Part shown: piece after piece, positions 32,170 to 41,456 of the stretch
How the letters are laid out: each line of letters begins with the position of its first letter
How positions within the stretch are numbered: the stretch's first letter is position 1
NCBI GenBank assembly: GCA_003327455.1
Contig: QOQU01000004.1
Span: 390,042-454,041, forward strand
Length of the DNA: 64,000 nucleotides
DNA from: Anaerolineae bacterium
Lineage (GTDB): Bacteria > Chloroflexota > Anaerolineae > Anaerolineales > UBA4823
Direction of reading: 5' to 3'
Notes under the pieces: model-generated
Databases searched by the model: none
The model's input: the letters and a program-made list of their open reading frames with translations, nothing else
Told to the model about the DNA's origin: nothing
Made by a program: the position numbers and the translations under genes

Positions 32170-33135
32170 TTATTTTGTCTTTTCTCCTTCAATGTATTTC
32201 TGAATGCGTAATGCAGCAATTTCATCAGTTACCAAGTGATTAATGAAGCCTGCCCGGCTGGCTGCCAGAATGGGCAGCGCCTTCGACTGACCTCCTGCCA
32301 CCCCAATCCGAATCGGGATAGCACGCAGCGTTTGGGCATCCACGCCGACAATGCAGCGGGTCAAGGGGGTGTCAATCAGGTTGCCACGAATGTCAATGTG
32401 AATGGCGCAAACATCCCCCACCGCCCCAGCCTCACGCAGCGACTCAAGCTGTTCGAAATCGAGATAACCAGCGCGTAGTAAGCTACAGTATTCAAAATCC
32501 ACTGTGCCAACCCCTACCAGCGCTAAGTCAATCTGCGAAAATTGGTGAATCACCCGCTGAATATGAGGGGCTTTCAACAACGCTGTTCGAGTCTCGGGAC
32601 TATCCACGATCAGCGGTAAGGGCATTGTCGCATATTGGCCGCCAAGTAGACGAGCCAGACGGCGCGTCAGTTCCGGTCCATCAATATCCGGATTAGGAGT
32701 GCCCAGCGAACCGATCATTTGCACGACCCGAAGCCCTTCCCATGTTTGGGGGCGCACCGCATTGACCGTTTCGAACAATGCTGTCCCCCACGAGGTGCCA
32801 ATGGTGATGTGTTCGTGCAAGTGTTCTTCCAGCAATAGTGCAGCTATGGCACCCAGGCGACGCAGCATTTCGGTATGGGTCAACGCTCCGCGCTGCAGAA
32901 CGCGCACTTCGTCAAGGACCAAGACATCGCGCAAATACTCTTCCAATGGGTGCAAACGCTGAAGGGGGTAATGGATGCGAATCTCAACGATGTTGTTTTC
33001 GCGCGCTTCAGTAATCATGCGCGAAATCATCGAACGCGAATACCCTACCTGTTGAGCAATCTGGCTCTGGGTCAAATTCTGCTCGTAGTACATTTCGACA
33101 ATGCGGGCAAGCAATTCCATTCGCTGCATATCCAT
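32170..33135 (-). CDS. SorC-family sugar-binding transcriptional regulator
   Basis: N-terminal HTH LLARIVEMYYEQNLTQSQIAQQVGYSRSMISRMI followed by a sugar-phosphate-binding domain (GVAGG..K...I.A). Confidence 0.88.
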   Translation of the reverse strand: MDMQRMELLARIVEMYYEQNLTQSQIAQQVGYSRSMISRMITEARENNIVEIRIHYPLQRLHPLEEYLRDVLVLDEVRVLQRGALTHTEMLRRLGAIAALLLEEHLHEHITIGTSWGTALFETVNAVRPQTWEGLRVVQMIGSLGTPNPDIDGPELTRRLARLLGGQYATMPLPLIVDSPETRTALLKAPHIQRVIHQFSQIDLALVGVGTVDFEYCSLLRAGYLDFEQLESLREAGAVGDVCAIHIDIRGNLIDTPLTRCIVGVDAQTLRAIPIRIGVAGGQSKALPILAASRAGFINHLVTDEIAALRIQKYIEGEKTK

Positions 33136-33195
33136 GGCGGAGGTTGTAGGAAAACGGATTTTTAATAAGTTACAGTATTACAAGAAAAAGTCAAG

Positions 33196-33224
33196 ACATA
33201 TGTGCAAAACAATTCACATATGTG
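33196..33224. promoter_or_regulatory. Two palindromic ACATATGT boxes 20 bp apart (candidate operator upstream of the SorC-led array)
   Basis: ACATATGT at 33196-33203 and CACATATGTG at 33215-33224, with centres 20 bp apart, sit 60-90 bp upstream of the sorC start (33135) in an AT-rich region. Confidence 0.35.
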
Positions 33225-33820
33225 AACTCGATAAAGCGCAGGTAAAATTGTAAAGACAAAAAAGTGACTGTTCTTAAGTTGAAAAAAATTATCAAGAGGC
33301 TATGCAAGAATCCTTCCATCCCCTCTAAGACCGTCGAAAAACTCTTTTATAGAAAAGTCGGAAAAAAACATCCCCCTTTAGGCTAAAAATGACTAAAAGT
33401 GGCACGATAAAGTCAATAAAATGGCAATTTTAGTGAAAGGGAGCGACGAATAGGGGAAACAAAAATGCGTTTCCAGATGCAAGAAGCGGAAGATGTGGTG
33501 ATCAAGCGTGAATATTCGATGTATCCAAACGATGGGGCAACGATTTCGCCTCAGGCGAAAGGGCACAAACTTCAGGAGGGAGATTCGACTACGTGAAAAT
33601 TCGATTGCCTGGTGCGCTTTGTCCCCCAACAACCATTAAACACCGGATTCGCTATATTCAAAAGCCGAGGCAGGCGTGACGAATCCTGGCGTTTGCCCTC
33701 CCTTCGCATCCTGCACCTCATCCTATAGATTAACGCCAAAGGCGGATCACCCTGACTACAGTACCTGATAGGACAACCCCCAAAGAAGATCTCTCTCGGG
33801 CGCCTGCCTCAACCTCATCC

Positions 33821-34609
33821 CTACTTATCAACCAGAGTAAAAGACCGCTGAGCTTCGATACGGATCAGCTCCAATATCTGGTGTCGCAGTTCCACAAAGC
33901 GCAACGAGTTTTCGGTTTCTGGAGAACGCGGCCGCGGAAGATCAATCTCGATTTCTGATTTGATTGTTCCGGGGCGGCTGGTCATCACATAAACTCGATC
34001 TGAAAGCAAAATTGCTTCTTCCACGTCGTGGGTAACAAACAAAACGGTAGTACGCTCGATCTCCCAGACACGCAACAGCAACTCCTGCATCAGCAAGCGC
34101 GTTTGGGCATCTAAGGCCCCAAAGGGTTCGTCCATCATCAGCATCTGTGGGCGATAGACCAGCGCCCGAGCAATCGCGACCCGCTGGCGCATACCGCCCG
34201 AAAGATGCGCCGGATAAGCTTTTTCAAAACCTTCCAACCCCACGCGCCGAATGTAATCTATAACAAGCTCATCTTGCTGCTCACGTGGCAGGTTTCGATT
34301 CTGCAGTGCAAAGCGGATGTTCTCATAAACACTCAGCCAGGGGAAGAGGGTGTAACTTTGAAAGACCATGCCGCGTTCAATCGAGGGACCATTGATTTCC
34401 TCGCCGTTGAACAACACACGCCCTTCAGTGGGAAAATCCAACCCTGCTGCAATCACCAGGAAGGTCGACTTACCGCATCCCGAAGGTCCGATCAGGGAAA
34501 CGAACTCGTTTTCAGCCACTCGCAGGTTCAGATCAGCAATCGCCGTGACCAGACGGCCGCGTTGCACGAAGGTTTTCCCCACGTTTTCGGCGACCAACTT
34601 ATCGGCCAT
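33821..34609 (-). CDS. ABC transporter ATP-binding protein (NitT/TauT nitrate/sulfonate/taurine family)
   Basis: Walker A GPSGCGKST, signature LSGGMRQRVAIARAL and Walker B LMMDEPFGALD. Size is 262 aa. Confidence 0.9.
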   Translation of the reverse strand: MADKLVAENVGKTFVQRGRLVTAIADLNLRVAENEFVSLIGPSGCGKSTFLVIAAGLDFPTEGRVLFNGEEINGPSIERGMVFQSYTLFPWLSVYENIRFALQNRNLPREQQDELVIDYIRRVGLEGFEKAYPAHLSGGMRQRVAIARALVYRPQMLMMDEPFGALDAQTRLLMQELLLRVWEIERTTVLFVTHDVEEAILLSDRVYVMTSRPGTIKSEIEIDLPRPRSPETENSLRFVELRHQILELIRIEAQRSFTLVDK

Positions 34610-35444
34610 TGAGGCTGCGCTCCACCCAGGGGAATAAAAAGCGATGCGTTACTTTGAACAGGTAATCAGTCACCAGCCCCAGTAACCCGATGACCAGAAT
34701 GCCAAGGATAATCGACTCGGTTTGCAAAAAGCGCTGGGCACGCATGATGCGATACCCCAAACCGATATTTGCCGCTACCAGTTCGGCGACCACCAAATAT
34801 GTCCACGCCCATCCCAACGTGAGGCGGAAGGTATCCCAAATCCCGGGCAGAGAGGCGGGCAGGACTACCCGAGTCAGGACTTTCCATTTGCTTAAGCCAA
34901 AGGTATAACTCACCTGAATCATGCCGTATGGGACGGTCTTGACATTGTCCATGATCATCAGCACTTCTTGAAAAAACGTGCCGATAAAGAGGATGGCAAA
35001 TTTTTGATTGTCTCCCACGCCCAGCCATAGAATGGTCAACGGCACAAATGCCACCGCCGGCATGTAGCGAACCAGATCAATTAACGGTTCAAACAAGCCC
35101 TCGAAGAAACGAAAGTTCCCCATCAGGATTCCAATGGGAACAGCAAAAACTGTAGAAAGAAGCCAGCCGATGGTGATCCGGTAAATGCTGGCGCGCATGT
35201 CCTCCCAGAGAATGCCATCGCTCACCTGGCGAAGCAGTTCATTCCAAACCGCTGTCGGCGAAGGCAGGAAGATCGGCGAAATCCATCCCTGGCTGGTAAG
35301 CAGCCACCAGGCAATGAAAATCAACAATGGTAGCGAGATACCAGCCAGGAGGTAAAGGCGCGTTGGAATCTCAGCGCGCAACTCAAAGTAAGAGAAGCGG
35401 CGGGAGATGGATGAGCGAGGCACGGCTTGTTTGCTGTCTGGCAA
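34599..35444 (-). CDS. ABC transporter permease (NitT/TauT family)
   Basis: 281 aa with about 6 TM segments and an EAA-like loop (MRAQRFLQTESIILGILVIGLLG). It overlaps the ATPase gene by 11 nt. Confidence 0.85.
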   Translation of the reverse strand: MPDSKQAVPRSSISRRFSYFELRAEIPTRLYLLAGISLPLLIFIAWWLLTSQGWISPIFLPSPTAVWNELLRQVSDGILWEDMRASIYRITIGWLLSTVFAVPIGILMGNFRFFEGLFEPLIDLVRYMPAVAFVPLTILWLGVGDNQKFAILFIGTFFQEVLMIMDNVKTVPYGMIQVSYTFGLSKWKVLTRVVLPASLPGIWDTFRLTLGWAWTYLVVAELVAANIGLGYRIMRAQRFLQTESIILGILVIGLLGLVTDYLFKVTHRFLFPWVERSLNGR

Positions 35445-35450
35445 GTTATC

Positions 35451-36407
35451 TCACTTATAAGCCGAAGTGTCCACGACTGCGTTCAAATCCGGGATTTTCT
35501 CCAGCAAGCCAATCGCCATAGACACCTGCCCCACGTCTTGCAGGATAGCGAGGAATTCACCCTTCAATGCTGTTTTGTTCTCAGTAAGATTATAGAACTT
35601 AATCCCATCAAAAGCAGTGACAAGCTCCTCCGGGACACTGCCAACCGCCTTAGCAATGATTGCCTTTGCTTCATCTGGATTGGCGGTGTAGAAAGCCAGC
35701 GCCTCATCCCAAACTTTAAGCAACTTTTCCGTGATCGCAGTATCAAGGTTGGCGCGGATCGCCAAAACATCGGAAATCAAGCCGGGGCGTTCGGCAGCGC
35801 TATAGAGCAAACGTAAGTCCTGATTCTCGGCTAGAGCGGCAGAAATGTACGGTTCGTACGTCACTGCCACATCCACCTGTCCGGCAATTAAAGCTGCGCC
35901 AGCGTCGGAAGCCGGCATAAAAATCGGTTCAATATCGCTTAATGTAAGATTGTTTTGGGAAAGCGCATAATTCAACAAGAGATCACTGGTCGTACCCTCC
36001 TCGTAAGCCACCTTCTTCCCCTTCAAATCGGCAACTGAAGTGATTGCAGAGGGAGCCAGAATAGCATCGGCTTCATAAGAGGCATCCTCCAGCAGGACAA
36101 TACGCAAATCAAGACCGCTGGCGTAGAGTTTGAGGGCTGTGTGAGTTGCCAGATTTGCAGCATCCATCTCCCCTGAAGCGAAGGCAGCATTCACTTCTTT
36201 ATCTTCTACAAAGTCTACCAATTCAACTTTCAACCCATGCTTCTCGAAGATACCCTTCTCCTGGGCAATCCACCAGGGTCCGTAACCGATCCAGGGTTGA
36301 GTGCCTATACGGACGACTGTCGGCGTCTCAGGTTTCCCACCACAAGCGCTGAGCACGAAAACAACAATAAGCAAGCCGCTCAACCAGAGAGATAATTTAG
36401 AGAACAT
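35451..36407 (-). CDS. ABC substrate-binding lipoprotein (NMT1/SsuA-like)
   Basis: Lipobox VLSACGG, then IGTQPWIGYGPWWIAQEKGIFEKHGL, typical of NitT/TauT binding proteins. Confidence 0.8.
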   Translation of the reverse strand: MFSKLSLWLSGLLIVVFVLSACGGKPETPTVVRIGTQPWIGYGPWWIAQEKGIFEKHGLKVELVDFVEDKEVNAAFASGEMDAANLATHTALKLYASGLDLRIVLLEDASYEADAILAPSAITSVADLKGKKVAYEEGTTSDLLLNYALSQNNLTLSDIEPIFMPASDAGAALIAGQVDVAVTYEPYISAALAENQDLRLLYSAAERPGLISDVLAIRANLDTAITEKLLKVWDEALAFYTANPDEAKAIIAKAVGSVPEELVTAFDGIKFYNLTENKTALKGEFLAILQDVGQVSMAIGLLEKIPDLNAVVDTSAYK

Positions 36408-36445
36408 CGGGGATCCTCCTTAGTTTTTTCTACCCAACAGCCTGA

Positions 36446-36473
36446 ATTTTATCAAAAAAGAAAGGGTTGTCAA
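36446..36473 (-). promoter_or_regulatory. Near-consensus sigma70-like promoter (TTGACA-16-TAAAAT) for the ABC operon
   Basis: On the minus strand the -35 TTGACA is at 36468-36473 and the -10 TAAAAT at 36446-36451. The AAGGAGG RBS and the ATG at 36407 follow. Confidence 0.5.
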
Positions 36474-36565
36474 CACGCCCACACATAGCGTGAGCACACC
36501 TTTAATCGAACTCATCGACATTTTTATCAAATTCGGATAACATTGGAATAAAAACTGAGGCAAAC

Positions 36566-36811
36566 ATGATCAACCAGGAAGATCAGGAAAAATTAGCGAA
36601 CGAGGTAGCAAAGGGGCTGCGCGAATGGATGGAACAGCATCCTGAAACAACCTTTGCAGAGATTGAACAAGAACTCTGGAAGCGTGTCTCCCAAATCCAG
36701 GCAGAGGTGGTGAAGGCGATCATGAAGCGCATAGAAGCGGCACAGAATGAAGGGATGGCGTTGAAGAAACTGATGGAGGACGGGGAAGGGAACGCAGAAT
36801 CGGGCAAATAA
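36566..36811 (+). CDS. Hypothetical 81-aa acidic helical protein
   Basis: ORF with a GAGG RBS and no motif I can name. The HPETTFAEIEQELW segment faintly resembles N-termini of some IS-family transposases, which is unsupported speculation. Confidence 0.35.
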   Translation: MINQEDQEKLANEVAKGLREWMEQHPETTFAEIEQELWKRVSQIQAEVVKAIMKRIEAAQNEGMALKKLMEDGEGNAESGK

Positions 36812-36854
36812 AAAGCCCTTGCAGATGCAAGCGGCGCAAGAGGGATTCATGGCA

Positions 36855-36892
36855 TAAAAAAACCTCCCGCAGATTTCGTTTCCTGCGGGAGG
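36855..36892 (-). terminator. Rho-independent terminator of the cytochrome/NrfC/NrfD operon
   Basis: Minus strand: CCTCCCGCAG-10 nt-CTGCGGGAGG (36863-36892), followed by a T8 tract (+ strand A8 at 36855-36862), 15 nt after the stop at 36907. Confidence 0.8.
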
Positions 36893-36906
36893 AAGTCAAT
36901 CGAAAA

Positions 36907-38127
36907 CTAACTGTGTTTTGGGGATTTGTAAAGGGATAAATAGCGCACGCCAAGCGTGAAGGCTAGCAACCAGTAGGCGACAATTCCCACTGCCACCAGA
37001 ATTTCCGTCAGGGTGGGGAAGTAGGTGGCGGCGACAACATTGCCCAGTACGCCCGGCGACCACTCCGGCGGAGCCACCAGCCCAGACAGGGTGACATTCC
37101 AGCGGTTAAAGACCACCCCCACGCAGATCAATCCCAGCGCGACCATGAGAGCCCGATCGTTGCGTCGTAACGGCTGGTAGAGCAAGATCACTGCCGGGAC
37201 AATCCCAGCCAGGATGATTTCTACGCCCCAGAAAGTCGTCGTGTAGGGCGTGGTCGCCTGCAAGCGTTGCAAGGCATTTGCCGTCCCGGGAGCATGGCTG
37301 TAATACGACGTTGCTGCCCAATCCCAAAGTTTAATGTAAAGGTAAGCAAGGGTTGTGTAGCCGATCACGCGGGCTACTTCGCGTTTGATGTCTGCTTTGA
37401 TCAATTCCCTATGCAGCAACTTAGACGAGAGGACGGTCGAGAGCAAGGTCAGCGACATCCCACCTGCCACGGCGGAAATGATAAACATGATTGGCAAGGA
37501 GGGTTTGAACCAGATGGCGCGGCCACTCAAGACACCATAGGTTGCGCCGAGCGAAGATTGATGCAACAGCGATAATCCCATCCCGATGACGGCCAAAACA
37601 GGGGTGAGACGGTGAATCTGATGAGCAAGGTGGCGCACTTTTGGCCAACGATCGAAGAATTTGCTTTCTGCCAACACCGGGAAGACCTCGAGAAACAACA
37701 CCGATGAATAGAGCACCACGCACCAGGTAATTTCCCACAGCACCGAGTGGACATTCCAGTAGATCAGGGGGTGGTAGAAGCGGTCCGGGCGACCGATGTC
37801 CATCGCCAGTGCCAGCATGGCAGAGGTATAGCCGAGAAAGCCCACAAAGACGGCCGGGCGGGCAAGCGGCTCAAGGCGATGAATGCGAAAGAGGTACACG
37901 GCAGCTGAAAAAGTGAACGCCCCTGCTCCCAAAGCAATCGCCGAGAGATCGATGGTGATCCACAACCCCCATGGGACGGTATTGCTCAAACCGGTAACCT
38001 GCAACCCTTTGAGCAATACCTGAATCATTGCAAACACACCGACCAGAAAAGCGATCACCAAACCAGCCACCCAAAGGGTAAAAGGCGTCAGACGCGGTGA
38101 AATTCTGGCACTTGCAGTCGTTGCCAT
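36907..38127 (-). CDS. NrfD/PsrC-family integral membrane quinol-interacting subunit
   Basis: 406 aa with about 10 TM helices. It lies directly after the NrfC-like FeS gene (1-nt gap). The family call rests on context and topology. Confidence 0.7.
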   Translation of the reverse strand: MATTASARISPRLTPFTLWVAGLVIAFLVGVFAMIQVLLKGLQVTGLSNTVPWGLWITIDLSAIALGAGAFTFSAAVYLFRIHRLEPLARPAVFVGFLGYTSAMLALAMDIGRPDRFYHPLIYWNVHSVLWEITWCVVLYSSVLFLEVFPVLAESKFFDRWPKVRHLAHQIHRLTPVLAVIGMGLSLLHQSSLGATYGVLSGRAIWFKPSLPIMFIISAVAGGMSLTLLSTVLSSKLLHRELIKADIKREVARVIGYTTLAYLYIKLWDWAATSYYSHAPGTANALQRLQATTPYTTTFWGVEIILAGIVPAVILLYQPLRRNDRALMVALGLICVGVVFNRWNVTLSGLVAPPEWSPGVLGNVVAATYFPTLTEILVAVGIVAYWLLAFTLGVRYLSLYKSPKHS

Positions 38128-38128
38128 G

Positions 38129-38971
38129 TCAGGCCTCCTTCTTCGTCGGGCGTACGTAGTGAACTTTCGGTTCGGTGCCCCAATCTTCGCGCAGACGGAA
38201 GGTGGTATTTTCGGCTAAGAACTTCGTAATGGGGCTTTCGGGGTCACGGATATCCCCAAAAATGCGCGCTCCCACCGGGCAGGCGACCACGCAGGCCGGG
38301 GTGGCGGCGCGATCTACACCAGGCTTCAAGCCCTGTTCGACGCCGCGGTCGATGCGATGCACGCAAAAGGTGCATTTCTCGACCACGCCGCGTGGGCGGC
38401 GGGGAACCTCGGCAACTCCCCAGGCGGGTTGATAGGGGTTGGGGGCATCGGGTGTTTTCCAGTTAAAGCGCCGCACGTCGTAGGGGCAGGCAACCTGACA
38501 GTAGCGACAACCGATGCAGCGATTGTAGTCCATGGCGACAATGCCATCCGGGCGCACCCAGGTTGCCCCAACCGGGCAGACGCGCACACAGGGAGCCTCC
38601 TGACAGTGCTGGCAGGGACGATTCATATAGAACTCGGTGCCATCTTCTAAGCGCTCGGGAAAAACGACATTCCAGCGCATCTCGTCATCCGGCACGTCGT
38701 TGACTGCCTGGCAAGCCCGCACACAGTACAGACAGCCAATACAGCGATCCAGATCGATTGCCATGTGCCATTGATGTTCAGCGGAGCCCTGATGTGGGTG
38801 TGCCTCTGCACCAATCCCTTGAATCGCTTCCGGAGAGAAGGGCCCGGAAATCACCAACTCAGACAGCACCGCTGCGCCAAGGGTGGCACCGCCGATTTTG
38901 AGAAAATCCGAGCGGCTCAGGATCGACGGGCTCTTTTCTTTCTCCTTCTCCTCAGGAACCTTGCTTGCCAT
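38129..38971 (-). CDS. NrfC/PsrB/DmsB-type 4x[4Fe-4S] ferredoxin subunit with a Tat-like leader
   Basis: Cys clusters CIGCLYCVRAC, CQHCQEAPCVRVCP, CIGCRYCQVACP and CTFC...CVVACP. The leader SRSDFLKIGGATLGAAV is Tat-like but has one Arg. I place the start at the ATG at 38971 after GGAGGA; the longer track ORF to 39043 overlaps the cytochrome. Confidence 0.85.
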   Translation of the reverse strand: MASKVPEEKEKEKSPSILSRSDFLKIGGATLGAAVLSELVISGPFSPEAIQGIGAEAHPHQGSAEHQWHMAIDLDRCIGCLYCVRACQAVNDVPDDEMRWNVVFPERLEDGTEFYMNRPCQHCQEAPCVRVCPVGATWVRPDGIVAMDYNRCIGCRYCQVACPYDVRRFNWKTPDAPNPYQPAWGVAEVPRRPRGVVEKCTFCVHRIDRGVEQGLKPGVDRAATPACVVACPVGARIFGDIRDPESPITKFLAENTTFRLREDWGTEPKVHYVRPTKKEA

Positions 38972-40010
38972 CTTGGTCCTCCGCCTCCTCAGCCTTCGTT
39001 TCCGCTTCATTTTCGCCATAGGTGCGACGTACATTGCGGGCAACGAACCAGGCTGTTGAACCTCCTAAAACCAAACCGATAATACCGCCCTGGAACAGGC
39101 GGGCTAATTGCGCGCTGGCAAGGGCAGCTTCCAGCGCCTGCAGGCGTTGCTCCGTTGCAAAGCCATTTTCAGCCATTTGCTTGTTGTTCTGCAGCAAAGT
39201 GCTGGTGGTCACCAGGGTTTCGGTGATTTGCTGGGTGGCTGCTTTGGCGCCATCCTCAAAGCCGGGTAACGAGAAGCCAGCGTGCAGCGCGTCGGTGTGG
39301 CAGGCAACGCAGGTCGCCGGTGTGATGGTGAAAGTGTGGCCGGTGGGGACGATACCGTCATCGGGGATCGGATCCGGCGGGATGACCAGGGCATGACAAT
39401 CCACGCAACCGATGTTCTTGTTGATATGGATGTCTTCCAGGTAGGCTTCCATGTCCTCCTGGTGGCAATTAATGCACAGATCATCTTTGACTTCAAAGAG
39501 GTTTTTCTGGCTGTGGGGGTCGTGGCAGTCCACACACCCAACCCCCGCCTGGGAGTGACCGCTCAGCCGCCATTCATGGATGGTGGTGGTATGACAGGTG
39601 CCACAGAACTCGTTATCGGAACGAATCGGCACGACCGCCGGAGGATGATTGCTCTCTACCTTGCCGTGACAGGCTTCGCAGGAAACCCCTTCATGAGCAT
39701 AACTGCCGTCACTCGCCTGGTAATTGGTGGTATGGCAAACCAGACAGTCACCCGGTTTCCCCAGTCCATTCCACTTTTCCTGAAAGTAGGGATCGTCATA
39801 GGCGTGGGCATGTGCGCTTTCAGACCAGAGATTGGTGATGTTGAGATGACAGCTTTTGCAGTTTTCATCGTTCAACGGCTGAGGCGACGTATCCTGCGCC
39901 AGTGGTGCAGCCGAAGCACCGCTCAGGCTGAGCAACATCGCCAAAACCCCGACAAAAGTACCCGCCATCAGAGGCAGCAGCTTGAAAAAATATGCCTTAA
40001 TTCCTTTCAT
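38952..40010 (-). CDS. Octaheme c-type cytochrome with a signal peptide and C-terminal TM anchor
   Basis: Eight CxxCH motifs: CKSCH, CLVCH, CEACH, CGTCH, CVDCH, CINCH, CVDCH, CVACH. N-terminal signal is FKLLPLMAGTFVGVLAMLLSLSGASA and C-terminal helix is GGIIGLVLGGSTAWFV. I place the start at the ATG at 40010 after GAGGTG; the track ORF to 40238 runs into lysR. Confidence 0.85.
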   Translation of the reverse strand: MKGIKAYFFKLLPLMAGTFVGVLAMLLSLSGASAAPLAQDTSPQPLNDENCKSCHLNITNLWSESAHAHAYDDPYFQEKWNGLGKPGDCLVCHTTNYQASDGSYAHEGVSCEACHGKVESNHPPAVVPIRSDNEFCGTCHTTTIHEWRLSGHSQAGVGCVDCHDPHSQKNLFEVKDDLCINCHQEDMEAYLEDIHINKNIGCVDCHALVIPPDPIPDDGIVPTGHTFTITPATCVACHTDALHAGFSLPGFEDGAKAATQQITETLVTTSTLLQNNKQMAENGFATEQRLQALEAALASAQLARLFQGGIIGLVLGGSTAWFVARNVRRTYGENEAETKAEEAEDQDGKQGS

Positions 40011-40956
40011 AGACACCTCGATCGACTGCAAGATCTTTCGTTCTTTCACATAAACAGAAGGGATTATCTGGACTATAAAGGTAGGACCAGAAGGTCGTTT
40101 GCGGAATGGTGGAGGGTTGACGTTTGTTACGCGAAATGTAAATGTCGCGCTCGATTTCCAGCCCCTTGATCTGGACGATTGCCAGTCCTTCCAGCCCAAA
40201 AGCTTCAACCACTTTTTCCGAAACAAAACCCACCCCAAGACCTTCCCGCACGGTTAAGGCGATCGCCTCAGAGTTGCCCAGCGTTAGAACCGTAGGCAGA
40301 TCGTGAATGGAAATATCCACTTCATTGAGCGCTTTGCGGATCGCCTCATAGCTCCCTGAACCTTCTTCGCGCAGGATAAAGCGACCCTGAACGAGTTGAT
40401 CTGGAGTGATTTCACCGCTTTCTGCCCAGGGATGATGTACGGGAGCAATGAGAATCAGACGGTCACAGATAAAGCGTACGCTTTCCAGTTCGGGGGTGAT
40501 GTTCTCGATCAAACTGGTTAAGGTGAAGTGCAGTTTACCCTCCAGGAGGAGTTTAAGGGCATCTCTTTGATGCAAGACACTACAGGTAACCCGCACCCGA
40601 GGGTAGCGATCATGAAAACTGGTGAGCAGTTTGGGCAAGATGTATTTACCGGGTGTGGTACAACAACCGATGAGTAAATGCCCCACAACACCTTTTTGTA
40701 ATGAAGCCATCTCACTCTCGATGCGGGCAGAAAGCATGACCGCTTCCTGAGCAAGGGCAGCCAGTTTCAAGCCTGCATCGGTGAGTTCGAGATTGCGTCC
40801 ATTGCGCACAAACAACTCACAGCCGAAATAGCGTTCCAGCGACTGAATGTGCTGGCTCACGCTCGGCTGGGTCATATGCAAGCGTTGGGCAGTGCGCGTG
40901 AAACTCAGGGTTTCCGCAGCAGTTAAGAAGATATGCAACTGATGAATATCCAACAT
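39997..40956 (-). CDS. LysR-family transcriptional regulator
   Basis: HTH LHIFLTAAETLSFTRTAQRLHMTQPSVSQHIQSLE plus a LysR substrate-binding domain, 319 aa. The 3' end overlaps the cytochrome start by 14 nt. Confidence 0.92.
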   Translation of the reverse strand: MLDIHQLHIFLTAAETLSFTRTAQRLHMTQPSVSQHIQSLERYFGCELFVRNGRNLELTDAGLKLAALAQEAVMLSARIESEMASLQKGVVGHLLIGCCTTPGKYILPKLLTSFHDRYPRVRVTCSVLHQRDALKLLLEGKLHFTLTSLIENITPELESVRFICDRLILIAPVHHPWAESGEITPDQLVQGRFILREEGSGSYEAIRKALNEVDISIHDLPTVLTLGNSEAIALTVREGLGVGFVSEKVVEAFGLEGLAIVQIKGLEIERDIYISRNKRQPSTIPQTTFWSYLYSPDNPFCLCERTKDLAVDRGVYERN

Positions 40957-41147
40957 TTTTGCAATTGCTCCATCCTAAACTATATCCGATTCGCTATAAC
41001 AAATACAAGTGATAGATGTCACTCTACAATAAGTTTATCTTATGGATTGGATAGCCAAGACTTATAAGAAAAAGTTATATTTGTCACTTGTTGTCATAAG
41101 AATAATTTTTGTAGAATGGGGAAAATATGATCGAAGGGAGCTGTTCG

Positions 41148-41447
41148 ATGCGTAAGATCATAGTGGCGTTTGGTTTACTCTCAGGCATTGTGTTGTTGCT
41201 GCTCGCCTGTAGCACACCTGCCTCGCCTCCACCCTCCCAGGAACAAGACCCGCTCACTGCAGTGGCGACGGCTGTGTTCACGCCTACCTCAACAGCCGCT
41301 ACAAGTGAGCAAATCGTTGAGCTTGAACCCACTCAGGTAGCCGCTGCTCAAGACGCCTGTGTCGCCTGTCATAGCGATAAACAACGCATCACCGACACAG
41401 CCAAACCCGAAGAGGATACAGAAAGCGAATCAAAAGGGGTTGGCTGA
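41148..41447 (+). CDS. Monoheme lipoprotein ORF, possibly the N-terminal part of the following cytochrome
   Basis: Lipobox LLLLACSTP, a P/S/T linker and one CVACH motif. It ends at the TGA at 41445-41447, in the same frame as the next ORF. Confidence 0.55.
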   Translation: MRKIIVAFGLLSGIVLLLLACSTPASPPPSQEQDPLTAVATAVFTPTSTAATSEQIVELEPTQVAAAQDACVACHSDKQRITDTAKPEEDTESESKGVG

Positions 41448-41456
41448 GGGGGCTCG

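Noticed and set aside
33393-33632. 79-aa minus ORF, and a hand-found 43-aa + ORF at 33465..33596, in the long intergenic region
   Set aside because: They have no convincing RBS and no motifs, and sit in an AT-rich promoter or terminator region. There is insufficient evidence for coding.
39282-40169. 295-aa + ORF
   Set aside because: It is antisense to the octaheme cytochrome and the lysR 3' end.
38952-40238. Extended 428-aa version of the octaheme cytochrome ORF
   Set aside because: The first 76 codons lie inside lysR in another frame. A signal peptide with a GAGGTG RBS begins at 40010.
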